Of a stretch of 47,110 nucleotides of DNA, positions 1-7,617 are shown piece by piece. A program made the position numbers and the translations under genes. Source of the stretch: a virus (taxonomy: Duplodnaviria; Caudoviricetes); IMG/VR virus record IMGVR_UViG_3300044478_000074, positions 1-47,110 of that record; one strand, 5' to 3'. How positions within the stretch are numbered: position 1 is the stretch's first letter; each line of letters starts with the position of its first letter. The notes beneath the pieces were generated by a model. That model saw only the letters and a list, made by a program, of their open reading frames with translations, searched no databases and was not told where the DNA came from.

Positions 1-127
1 GCAGCACAACAGCAGCACAACAGCAGCACAACATAGGAGCAACGGCCATGCCTTATAAACTCAAGCCTCTCTCATCCTTCCACGAACACTTCTTTCGCAT
101 GGCGACAGAATATCAGCGCCTCTCCGC
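1..127. repeat. Terminal overlap, identical to 46984-47110
   Basis: First 127 nt match the last 127 nt and cut through the 48..566 ORF; implies a circular/complete assembly. 127 is a common assembler k-mer. Confidence 0.95.
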
Positions 128-566
128 CCCGCGCCGGGTCGAGTTTTCCACGCCATCAAAAGCCGACGCAACTAGCCAACGCTGGAAGATTAATGAGTTT
201 CGCGCAGGCCTCCGCCGGGAAGGAGCTATTACCTTATATCCCGACTTCGACCGGGCTACGCTGATGATTCGAGCCGAGGCGACAGCATCTAACCCAAATG
301 CCTGGAAGATAATCATCTGTGATCCAGAGATGAATGGCAGCAGCATCTTCGCCTTTGCCGAACAGCTGGCAAAGATGAATAAGAGCAACGAGGGGATAAG
401 CGATGCAAAGAATCAGGCCATAAATCAAGCCACACAACCGTCAACGAGACACTACCAACTCCCACCTACGGACGAAGTCCCATATAAGGATCCTGCCAAA
501 ATGACAGCTGAAGAATTCTACGCCGAACTGTTGTCGCCCAAGGACCCGCCGCAAAGCGGGGGTTGA
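48..566 (+). CDS. Hypothetical early protein (172 aa)
   Basis: ATG preceded by AGGAG; no family recognised. Confidence 0.75.
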   Translation: MPYKLKPLSSFHEHFFRMATEYQRLSAPRRVEFSTPSKADATSQRWKINEFRAGLRREGAITLYPDFDRATLMIRAEATASNPNAWKIIICDPEMNGSSIFAFAEQLAKMNKSNEGISDAKNQAINQATQPSTRHYQLPPTDEVPYKDPAKMTAEEFYAELLSPKDPPQSGG

Positions 567-591
567 CAACTGAACCGCCCGGGCGCATGAT
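563..591 (+). promoter_or_regulatory. sigma70-like early promoter P1
   Basis: TTGACA-17 nt-CATGAT; shares extended TTGACAACTG with P2 and P3. Confidence 0.75.
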
Positions 592-655
592 ATCCACCGG
601 GTCGAGCAATAACGCCTGGCCCAATCATCCAACCTCTTTGCAAAGGAGTCTTACA

Positions 656-1150
656 ATGGCTGAAGAAACGAAAGTCAAGTTCGCCGACAAGAACTACGAC
701 GAGGACGCAGCGTCCGTCGAGATCGTCTTCGGGGACGGCGCCACGCTCACGCTGGCCAAGTCCGATCTGAACGACAGCATCTGGTTGCGCGCGGCCCTGC
801 ACGGTCTGCTGCAGAAGATCGGCGACAGCTACGCCGGGGCGAAGGGCGACTACAAGGCAGCGAAAAAGGCCGCCAGCGACGTCATCGAAGCCTTGAAGGC
901 AGGCACCTGGAACGCCGGGCGGGGCGAGGGCGAAGGCAAGCCGCGCGTGCTGGAGCTGGCCGTCGCCATTTCGCGGCTGAAGGGCATCGCCGTAGCCGAT
1001 GCGGAGACGAAGCTGCGGACGCTCGACGAGGCGGCGGTGAAATCGCTCCGCAACATTCCGGAGATCAAAGCCGAAATCGCCAGCATCCGCGCGGAGAAGG
1101 CGCGCGAGGCCCTGGCCAAGGCGGGCAGCACCGGCTTTACCTTCGGCTGA
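656..1150 (+). CDS. Early protein, paralog A (164 aa, ends GFTFG)
   Basis: AAGGAG SD before ATG 656; strongly biased codons; HGLLQKIGDSYA motif; similar to 45999..46487. Confidence 0.85.
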   Translation: MAEETKVKFADKNYDEDAASVEIVFGDGATLTLAKSDLNDSIWLRAALHGLLQKIGDSYAGAKGDYKAAKKAASDVIEALKAGTWNAGRGEGEGKPRVLELAVAISRLKGIAVADAETKLRTLDEAAVKSLRNIPEIKAEIASIRAEKAREALAKAGSTGFTFG

Positions 1151-1157
1151 GGCGCTT

Positions 1158-1212
1158 CGCGCCAGCGCACCAGCGCACCAGCGCGCCAGCGCGCCAGCGC
1201 ACCAGCGCGCCA
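1158..1212 (+). repeat. Tandem 8-mer GCGC(A/G)CCA, about 6-7 copies
   Basis: Seen directly between the stop codon and the terminator. Confidence 0.85.
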
Positions 1213-1246
1213 ACACCTGAGGCATCAAAGCCAAGGGTCTCCAACT

Positions 1247-1278
1247 GGGGCGGAGGAGCAATCTTCCGCCCCTTTTTT
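1247..1278 (+). terminator. Intrinsic terminator
   Basis: GGGGCGGAGGA-GCAA-TCTTCCGCCCC followed by T6. Confidence 0.9.
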
Positions 1279-1319
1279 CGGGCGCTTGCGCCCGGCGGAG
1301 CGAGCCGCATCAGTTGGAC

Positions 1320-1348
1320 TTGACAACTGGCCCGATACCGGGGATAAT
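1320..1348 (+). promoter_or_regulatory. sigma70-like early promoter P2
   Basis: TTGACA-17 nt-GATAAT. Confidence 0.8.
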
Positions 1349-1508
1349 AACAATTCGGGCGCCACTCACGGTCGCCTGCGCAACCCCCAGCGCATGGGGA
1401 CGGAGCAAATGCAATGATTCGCTACATCGCTTGGCAGTCGCAGCACCCGACTGTGACCACCACACCTGAAGAACCTACATTACAGGCCATCGACCTGGAG
1501 CACCTATC

Positions 1509-1979
1509 ATGAACTGGCTCGACGAACTCCTTGCGCAAGCCGCCGCCGCGAAAAAGAAGGGGAAGAAAAAAGCCGCACCTTCCGGGCACCGCCCGGGCGG
1601 AACGAGCGCTGGGGCTGAAGCCCCGCAGCGACCGCGTTTCGAAGTCCTCCCCGGCGAGCGGGCGGTCGCCCTCTGCACCGTGGTACAGATTCAGCACTGC
1701 CGCTGCTGCGGCGGCTACACCGAGAGCATCGGCGGGCAATACGTCAACCTGCACAATCCCCGCCTCCACTACGTCCGCTCCGTCGGCGTCAGCGCTCCGG
1801 CGCTTTCCCTAACGGACACGGAGATTCAAAACCTCGCCCTTCGCATCGACAGCGTCGAACGCGACGTAGCCATGTGCCCATCATGCCTCCGCACCTACCA
1901 GTCCGTGGATCACTTCCTTTCCGCTGCGGACGCAGAGCAATGGGACGGCATACAGCTGCCGCTCTGGAGGCGGGGATGA
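1509..1979 (+). CDS. Hypothetical Zn-binding protein (156 aa)
   Basis: GGAG SD; CRCCGG and CPSC cysteine pairs. Confidence 0.7.
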   Translation: MNWLDELLAQAAAAKKKGKKKAAPSGHRPGGTSAGAEAPQRPRFEVLPGERAVALCTVVQIQHCRCCGGYTESIGGQYVNLHNPRLHYVRSVGVSAPALSLTDTEIQNLALRIDSVERDVAMCPSCLRTYQSVDHFLSAADAEQWDGIQLPLWRRG

Positions 1980-2248
1980 AAAGCACCACTGAACTCCGTC
2001 TCTACTGCAACGACCGCCTCGTCAGCCGTTGGCTGACTCCGGACGACAAGATCATACAACAGGGCAAGCGCGTGCGGCTCAAGCACCTCACCCGCGAAGA
2101 GCAGCGCATCTACGTTCTGCAAGGCGCAGTCGCGGCGGTGAAGGCAATCATCGCCCGCCTCCGCGCGCAAGACCCCAATGCCGGCCTGCGGGACGCGAAG
2201 GATCTGCTCGACGCCGAGCGCATGTATCAGCACAAGGGGCGGGCATGA
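1976..2248 (+). CDS. Small protein with ribosomal L7/L12 C-terminal-like motif
   Basis: ATGA overlap with the upstream stop; VKAIIARLR...GLRDAKDLLD resembles the GLKEAKD helix motif. Confidence 0.5.
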   Translation: MKSTTELRLYCNDRLVSRWLTPDDKIIQQGKRVRLKHLTREEQRIYVLQGAVAAVKAIIARLRAQDPNAGLRDAKDLLDAERMYQHKGRA

Positions 2249-2426
2249 AACTCTCCCTCCCGCCCCGCATCATCAAGCGTCGGAGCCGCTTCAGCTCCTG
2301 CCCCGCCGCTACGCTGAATGGCCTCCTCGTCACACACGAAGTGTATCTCCGCATCTTCCGGATCGGGCGCAAGCTCATCCGCCCGCTTCACAACCACGCA
2401 GCACCGAAACCGAAAGGAACCTGAAC

Positions 2427-2960
2427 ATGGAAACCCTTGATGATCTGCAAGCCCTGCATGCTTCCCGCCTGGACGAACAGTACGAGTATCTCCTTGGCAG
2501 GCAGGCGGAGGTCAACACTGCCGTCCGCGAATTCGAGGCGGCGCGGGAGAATTACACTGCCGTGCTCGACCTCTTTGCCGAGCACAACATCTCTGCAACC
2601 GTGAACAGCTACGTGCACGGCACCTACATCTACGCCAGCATCAGTGTTGGCACCTTCAGCGACCCGCCCCTCGTCGTCCTTCTTCAGGATTTGGAAGACC
2701 TGGCGGAGAAGGAGGCGGACTCCCGCGACAAGCCGGAGGAAGGCTACCGCTCCTACAGCATCAGCCTTTCCCCCCTTCCTGCCACCGTTGTCCTTAATGC
2801 CAACCTCCGCGCCGACGGCCAATGCAAGCGCGCGCTCGTCCGGGTTGAGAAGCGAGAAGAGGAGCGGTATGTGAAGGTGGCTGTCGACATTCCGGTCTGG
2901 GAGTTCCAGTGCCCGGAGGGCGAGCCGCTTCCGTCCGTGCTGCAGGAGCAAGCGGAATGA
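2427..2960 (+). CDS. Hypothetical protein (177 aa)
   Basis: AAGGA SD before ATG 2427 within the 2178..2960 ORF. Confidence 0.7.
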   Translation: METLDDLQALHASRLDEQYEYLLGRQAEVNTAVREFEAARENYTAVLDLFAEHNISATVNSYVHGTYIYASISVGTFSDPPLVVLLQDLEDLAEKEADSRDKPEEGYRSYSISLSPLPATVVLNANLRADGQCKRALVRVEKREEERYVKVAVDIPVWEFQCPEGEPLPSVLQEQAE

Positions 2961-3252
2961 CGGCCAGGGGCAAAGCCATATACGACAAGGAAACGGCGGA
3001 AATCGCCCGACTCAACGCCCTGCCGACGAAGAATATGACGGAGCAAGAACGCATCTGGCACGAAACTGCAATCCGGGACGCCTACTGGCGCAGGCGTATG
3101 GCGACAAGGACGGAAGAGGAGGTAAAGAAGAACATCTGCGCACCGTAGCTCCGGCACCAGCGGGGAGGCGAGCACGCGCTCGCTTCTCCGGTGTTGCCTT
3201 GGCAACCTGCCAAGCCTCACCACTTCCCTTAACGTAAACAGGAGAAAGCAAA

Positions 3253-3447
3253 ATGGCACTCTTTACCATCTCCTTCGTCCTCGACAAAGAGACGAAGAAC
3301 ACCGTGAAGTATACAGCCATCGGCGAGTTCGCTCCATGCGAAACGCTGTATCTGCAAAAGCGTGATTTGCGGGCAGTGATGGCCGAAAAGCCCTATCCGC
3401 ACAACATCCTCGTCACCATCGCCCTGCCGGACAAGGCACAGTCATGA
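3253..3447 (+). CDS. Small hypothetical protein (KETKNTVKY motif)
   Basis: AGGAG SD; compact beta-rich sequence. Confidence 0.75.
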   Translation: MALFTISFVLDKETKNTVKYTAIGEFAPCETLYLQKRDLRAVMAEKPYPHNILVTIALPDKAQS

Positions 3448-3779
3448 TCGCCCGCGAAGATCTCATTCCACTCTCCCAGTTGTGCCTCATGGCGCACGAC
3501 GTCGCCATGCAGCAAGTGGACAAACACCCTATCCCGACCTGGGTGAACTACACCATCAACCCCCTGCTGGAAATCGCCTCGCTGAACATTCACAACATCG
3601 CGGAGACGCCCCGCATGGGCCTGGAGGACAGCGAGATGGCCCTGCTGCGTATCCTGTCGCGCTGGACGTCTTGGCGCGGCGAGACCGCCCGGAGCTACAA
3701 GCAGGAGTTCCAACTCCATCTCGACTACGCAAAGGAGCAAGCCGAGCAACAGGCCTGGCTGAAGGAGCACAGCAAATGA
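3444..3779 (+). CDS. Hypothetical protein (111 aa)
   Basis: ATGA coupling with the upstream gene. Confidence 0.7.
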   Translation: MIAREDLIPLSQLCLMAHDVAMQQVDKHPIPTWVNYTINPLLEIASLNIHNIAETPRMGLEDSEMALLRILSRWTSWRGETARSYKQEFQLHLDYAKEQAEQQAWLKEHSK

Positions 3780-3879
3780 GCAGCAAACTCGAAATCTCCG
3801 GGCCGGAGGTGTTAATCAGCACGAAGTTGTCCCGGGCGGAAGTCACGCTCATCATGAACGCTATCTTCGGAGGTGCGAA

Positions 3880-4176
3880 ATGAGAGAGCCAAACGAAGAG
3901 TGCGCGCCCCAAAGTGGCGGCGAGCAGCGACTCTACAAATTCGCCAACGGCTATGGCGCAAGCGTCGTTCGTAGTGCATACAGCTACGGAGGGAAGAACG
4001 GAAAGTGGGAACTCGCGGTGATTTGCTATGCCGCCGGCGGAGATTATTCCCTCTGCTACACCACCCCTATCACAAACGACGTGATCGGCTGGCTTGACGA
4101 TGCAGACGTGGACGCTTTGCTTGACAAAATCGAAGACTTGCCCACACACAAGGAGGAACAAAATGAAAGGCATTGA
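3880..4176 (+). CDS. Conserved-looking phage hypothetical protein
   Basis: GGAGG SD; YKFANGYGASVV...WELAV...PITNDVIGWL is a pattern I recognise from phage hypotheticals. Confidence 0.75.
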   Translation: MREPNEECAPQSGGEQRLYKFANGYGASVVRSAYSYGGKNGKWELAVICYAAGGDYSLCYTTPITNDVIGWLDDADVDALLDKIEDLPTHKEEQNERH

Positions 4177-4609
4177 AATGACAGTCGAGGTAATCGTCAA
4201 CGGCCACTCGTTTAGGGTGAGTGGCTCGTTCACTCCCGCCCTGCCGGGCGTCTACTCAGGCCCACCCGAACGGTGCTATCCCAGCGAGGACGCGGAGTTC
4301 GAGATTCGCACGGTGCACCTGCTGCATGAAGATGGCAGCGAGCCCACCTATCTTCCGCTCGACTTCCTCGAGTGCTTCTACATCGGCGGAATGCGGATAG
4401 TGTCGGACGGCGAAGGAGGCGGAACGTCCATCCGTGCAGCTGGTATGGACCTTTATGAGGCCATCGCCAACGATGCCGCAGCGGCTGCCGAGGACTCTTA
4501 CGACGACGAAGGCGACCGGGCGGACGAGGCATATGACCGCCAGCGCGACCGCGAGCTGGACGCGGCGATGGAAGCTGGAGACCCTGACCACGACGAGGAG
4601 CAACGATGA
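4163..4609 (+). CDS. Hypothetical acidic protein
   Basis: AGGAGG SD; GPPExCYP motif; D/E-rich C-terminus. Confidence 0.7.
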   Translation: MKGIEMTVEVIVNGHSFRVSGSFTPALPGVYSGPPERCYPSEDAEFEIRTVHLLHEDGSEPTYLPLDFLECFYIGGMRIVSDGEGGGTSIRAAGMDLYEAIANDAAAAAEDSYDDEGDRADEAYDRQRDRELDAAMEAGDPDHDEEQR

Positions 4610-4917
4610 GTGCCTATAGCTTCGACCTCCTCGTCGCCTTCTGCCTCGGCGCCTTCATCGGCGCCGCTGGCCTGGGCATCTGGATCGCCTGGGCATACTG
4701 CAAAGACTTCGATCAACAGCAAAGGGGGCAATGATGCGCATCTACGCCAACGCCCGCCTAATCGCTGCCGCGCCGAAAGGGAGGAAAGAGTGAGTCGACA
4801 AAGTAAGATGCGAAACAAGCGCCTCGCCGCCGCTCCCGCCCGGCGTGCGCGTAAGGCCCGGACGGCGGAGCGCGTCGCGCAGCGCAAATTGGCGGAGCAG
4901 CGGGCCCGGAGCGGGGC

Positions 4918-4945
4918 TTGACAACTGGGGGCGGGTGTGCATAAT
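4918..4945 (+). promoter_or_regulatory. sigma70-like promoter P3
   Basis: TTGACA-16 nt-CATAAT; TTGACAACTG shared with P1/P2. Confidence 0.7.
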
Positions 4946-4976
4946 GGGGGTAATTACCCGGCATAACCCGCCCCTT
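4944..4976. promoter_or_regulatory. 33-bp dyad motif, copy 1
   Basis: ATGGGGGTAATTAC-ccggc-ATAACCCGCCCCTT, overlapping the P3 start site. Confidence 0.65.
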
Positions 4977-4991
4977 TATCCACCCCAGCTC

Positions 4992-5204
4992 ATGTCCGAA
5001 GTCACTTTGCTCCTCATGCGTAAGCGCATCCTACAGCACCTGGCCAACGGTCAGTGCACGGAGAGGGAACTGCAAGATCTATGCACAGGCTCCTCCGCCT
5101 CTGCCCAGGAAGTGAACTCCTACCTTCACGCCCTATTCGCCTTACGCGACGAGGGCAAGATTGAGCTGCGCTGGCCCGGGAAGTGGTATGAGAGCTCGGA
5201 GTAA
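4992..5204 (+). CDS. Putative winged-helix DNA-binding protein (70 aa)
   Basis: RILQHL..G.CTERELQ...ALFALRDEGKIE...KWY pattern; first gene after P3; no clear SD. Confidence 0.55.
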   Translation: MSEVTLLLMRKRILQHLANGQCTERELQDLCTGSSASAQEVNSYLHALFALRDEGKIELRWPGKWYESSE

Positions 5205-5445
5205 TGCCCGCTGCACCTGCCCCGCGTATCCCTTTCCGCATCGGTTCGGGGGCGGCGCTTGCACTGGCACCTCCGCCGTGGAGGCAGTATTCGCCGAGTC
5301 CCTTTGCGCCAGCGACTGCCCGCACCTCACGCTCACGCCTGGCGAATCCTCAGCCGTTTACGCCCGTCACTGCGCCCTTATCCAAGAGGGCCTTTCACCC
5401 CATTTCTGTCCAAAACTGCACCTCTTCGTAACGGAGGAAAAATGA
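5188..5445 (+). CDS. Cys/His-rich hypothetical protein
   Basis: CTCPAYPFPHRFGGGAC motif. Confidence 0.6.
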   Translation: MRARSNARCTCPAYPFPHRFGGGACTGTSAVEAVFAESLCASDCPHLTLTPGESSAVYARHCALIQEGLSPHFCPKLHLFVTEEK

Positions 5446-5642
5446 TCAATATTCCGCCCAAATTCTCTCAGCAGCAAATCGCTAACGCAATGAACGAAGA
5501 GGTCGGCTATTGCATCGAATGTGGAGCCGAGCATTACGAGATTGCCGCTGATGCCCGGGCGCTGTGGTGTGATCAGTGCCAGCGCAGCGCAGTATATGGT
5601 GCCGAGGAGATCGTGCTGTGCTTCCCGGAGCGGATCGTATGA
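5442..5642 (+). CDS. Zn-ribbon protein (66 aa)
   Basis: GGAGG SD; CIEC...CDQC. Confidence 0.7.
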   Translation: MINIPPKFSQQQIANAMNEEVGYCIECGAEHYEIAADARALWCDQCQRSAVYGAEEIVLCFPERIV

Positions 5643-5789
5643 CCTCTCACGCTTCTTTATCCCTTCGCGCTCGCCATATCGCCGCGTCCCTTGGCTATTT
5701 CCGAGCCGCCCGATATCTCTATACTCGCCACGTTCCCCTTTACGAAGCAAAGGCAATACTTTATCTTCCTGTTCGCCCAAAGGACTTCC

Positions 5790-5993
5790 ATGCCCCGTCC
5801 GCGCCGAGTAATTCCAGCCGTTGACTGGAAAGTCTACATCCCCATCGACCTCGCAGCCAAAGTCGACGTGCTGCTCGTCGACCCGCTGACCGGGCGGACT
5901 GAATTTGGCGCTCGCAGTGCGTATATCGAGCGGCTAGTACGGCAGGACTTGGCAAACCTCTTCGCAGCGAAGGACGGCACGAAGGGACAGTAA
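5790..5993 (+). CDS. Putative ribbon-helix-helix DNA-binding protein (67 aa)
   Basis: AAGGA SD; strand WKVYIP, helix DLAAKVD, helix RSAYIERLVRQDL. Confidence 0.55.
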   Translation: MPRPRRVIPAVDWKVYIPIDLAAKVDVLLVDPLTGRTEFGARSAYIERLVRQDLANLFAAKDGTKGQ

Positions 5994-6008
5994 CGATCAA
6001 CGGGCGGC

Positions 6009-6158
6009 GCGGCGTGTGTCGAGTGCGGTGCAGGACACCTAAACGAAGGCACGCTGATGATCCTGCCGCCGCCCACCCAAACCCCGGAGCGGGGGGCGAG
6101 AGCCACATTAACGGCGCATCCAGCATATTTGAAGCTGGCGCACCCCGCCACCGGGCAC
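6009..6158 (+). other. Structured intergenic element, copy 1 (candidate RNA)
   Basis: 6009-6020 pairs with 6137-6148 using G-U pairs; 6138-6158 is identical to 7352-7372. Confidence 0.5.
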
Positions 6159-6174
6159 TTTAACAGGAGGAACG

Positions 6175-6492
6175 ATGACCCCTGCTAACCGTGACCTCGC
6201 CCTCGTCCGCGCCGCGCTGGAGGCGGCAATTAGAGCGTGTGATGAAATGATAGATTGGCCGCTGGACAAAATTCCAGGCGCTACGATTGACAGCAACCAA
6301 TATCACATCGGTATAGGGCGCGGCTTGGTGAACGCGACCTGGGCCATCCGCAAGCTCGACCCCGCCGCCATCGCCGCCTCGGTGAAGGTGGAGGCGGACG
6401 AGCGCGACGCGGAGAACGTGCGGCTGCGCCACTTCCTCGACGTGGCGGAAGCCGCCCTCGCAGCGAAGGACGTTAACCTGAAAGGAGACTGA
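6175..6492 (+). CDS. Hypothetical protein (105 aa)
   Basis: AGGAGG SD. Confidence 0.75.
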   Translation: MTPANRDLALVRAALEAAIRACDEMIDWPLDKIPGATIDSNQYHIGIGRGLVNATWAIRKLDPAAIAASVKVEADERDAENVRLRHFLDVAEAALAAKDVNLKGD

Positions 6493-6493
6493 G

Positions 6494-6607
6494 ATGGAAC
6501 AGGCTTATGGCAGCAGAAGCGTAGGTGCCGTGGAAACAAGGGTTCGGTCCGCAGGGACCAACATCTTACAGCTCGCGTCAAAAATAGCGGATTACGCTAA
6601 CGTGTAG
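6494..6607 (+). CDS. Small ORF (37 aa) ending inside attC1
   Basis: AAAGGAG SD; MEQAYGSR...DYANV; below the ORF-track cutoff. Confidence 0.45.
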   Translation: MEQAYGSRSVGAVETRVRSAGTNILQLASKIADYANV

Positions 6608-6681
6608 GTGACCGGCGCTGCGCGGCTTCATCGCGCAGCGCCCAGAGAGCGAAGCGAACGGGGTCGACCGTAGGGTTATGC
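6595..6681 (-). mobile_element. attC: Integron attC site 1 (87 bp)
   Basis: Minus strand GCATAAC-N5-GGTCGACC...GGTCACC-N5-GTTAGCG; extra base in L''; central hairpin. Confidence 0.85.
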
Positions 6682-6705
6682 CTCAAGACTTGACAGGAGA
6701 AGGAC

Positions 6706-6909
6706 ATGGAAACACTGGCAGATGCGCTACCGAAAGAAATGGCCCGAGTGCGTGAAGTGCTGGGCCACTACAAGGCGATTGGACCGGCTGGAATGTTCGG
6801 CGCGGCCTTCATCGAACAGGACTTGCGCGCCGCCGACGCTGCCGTGATGAGCGGCGATGTGGTGGCGATGTTGCAAGCGTTTGAGACCCTGAAACAGATT
6901 GAGGCATAA
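6706..6909 (+). CDS. Cassette A protein (67 aa, helical)
   Basis: AGGAG/AAGGA SD; its TAA stop lies in the attC2 core site. Confidence 0.85.
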   Translation: METLADALPKEMARVREVLGHYKAIGPAGMFGAAFIEQDLRAADAAVMSGDVVAMLQAFETLKQIEA

Positions 6910-6990
6910 CGCCGTAGGTAACCCGGCCGGCGCGGCTTCTTGCGCCGGCCCGGTGAGCGAAGCGAACGAAGGTTGACCGGAGTGTTATGC
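6904..6990 (-). mobile_element. attC: Integron attC site 2 (87 bp)
   Basis: Minus strand GCATAAC-N5-GGTCAACC...GGTTACC-N6-GTTATGC; shares GAGCGAAGCGAACG with attC1. Confidence 0.88.
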
Positions 6991-7001
6991 ACGGAGGCGA
7001 T

Positions 7002-7343
7002 ATGAGAAACAAGGTCTGGAATGCAGTGCGCGCGAAAGTACCGGAGGGGATGGCCCTGCCGTGGTGGGCATTGACGGCGCGGGCGGTGCTGTACCCGCTG
7101 GATTTTTTCTACTGGCGCATGAGCCAAACGCGAGGCTACCAGTGGCAGAACGACACTTGGCTGATCGAAGGTGTGACGTACTCCGGGGTAGCGCTGCGGT
7201 ATCTGGCGGCGGCGCATGGTGAAACGTACCGAGTGACGCGAACCGGCGAGACGGTGACGCTGGAACAAGTGCATAACAAGGAGTTGAACGGCGGCGGAGC
7301 GGGGTGCGTTGGGCCGTCACCCGCAAGGGACAGATGGCAATGA
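7002..7343 (+). CDS. Cassette B protein (113 aa, Trp-rich)
   Basis: GGAGG SD at 6993-6997; reads through the cassette boundary at 7277. Confidence 0.75.
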   Translation: MRNKVWNAVRAKVPEGMALPWWALTARAVLYPLDFFYWRMSQTRGYQWQNDTWLIEGVTYSGVALRYLAAAHGETYRVTRTGETVTLEQVHNKELNGGGAGCVGPSPARDRWQ

Positions 7344-7372
7344 GCGCGACAGCGCACCCCGCCACCGGGCAC
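7299..7372 (+). other. Structured element, copy 2
   Basis: GCGGGGTGCGTT pairs with AGCGCACCCCGC; inner GCCGTC/GATGGC stem and CCC-GCAA-GGG hairpin. Confidence 0.5.
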
Positions 7373-7402
7373 ACTGACACATCATCAACAAAGGAGTAAA
7401 GC

Positions 7403-7603
7403 ATGGACCTCATCCCTGACCTCAACGACCTCCGCGCCCGCATCTTGCGAGGCGAGGACCTGTCCGTCGACGAGTACCGGCAATACATCCGGGCGAGGCG
7501 GGACGGAAGGGTCACGGCGGCAGCGAGCGCCGCCAGCAAGCCCGCCCGCAAATCCAAAGTCCTCGACGCCGAAAGTGCCAAGAAACTCTTCGACACATTC
7601 TAA
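7403..7603 (+). CDS. Hypothetical protein (66 aa)
   Basis: AAGGAG SD. Confidence 0.75.
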   Translation: MDLIPDLNDLRARILRGEDLSVDEYRQYIRARRDGRVTAAASAASKPARKSKVLDAESAKKLFDTF

Positions 7604-7617
7604 CCGGAAAAACTCTC

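Noticed and set aside
6054-6060. Hammerhead ribozyme (CTGATGA)
   Set aside because: The required GAAA next to stem II is missing.
6595-6990. CRISPR mini-array
   Set aside because: Repeats are 87-bp attC-type palindromes separated by a gene, not short repeats with spacers.
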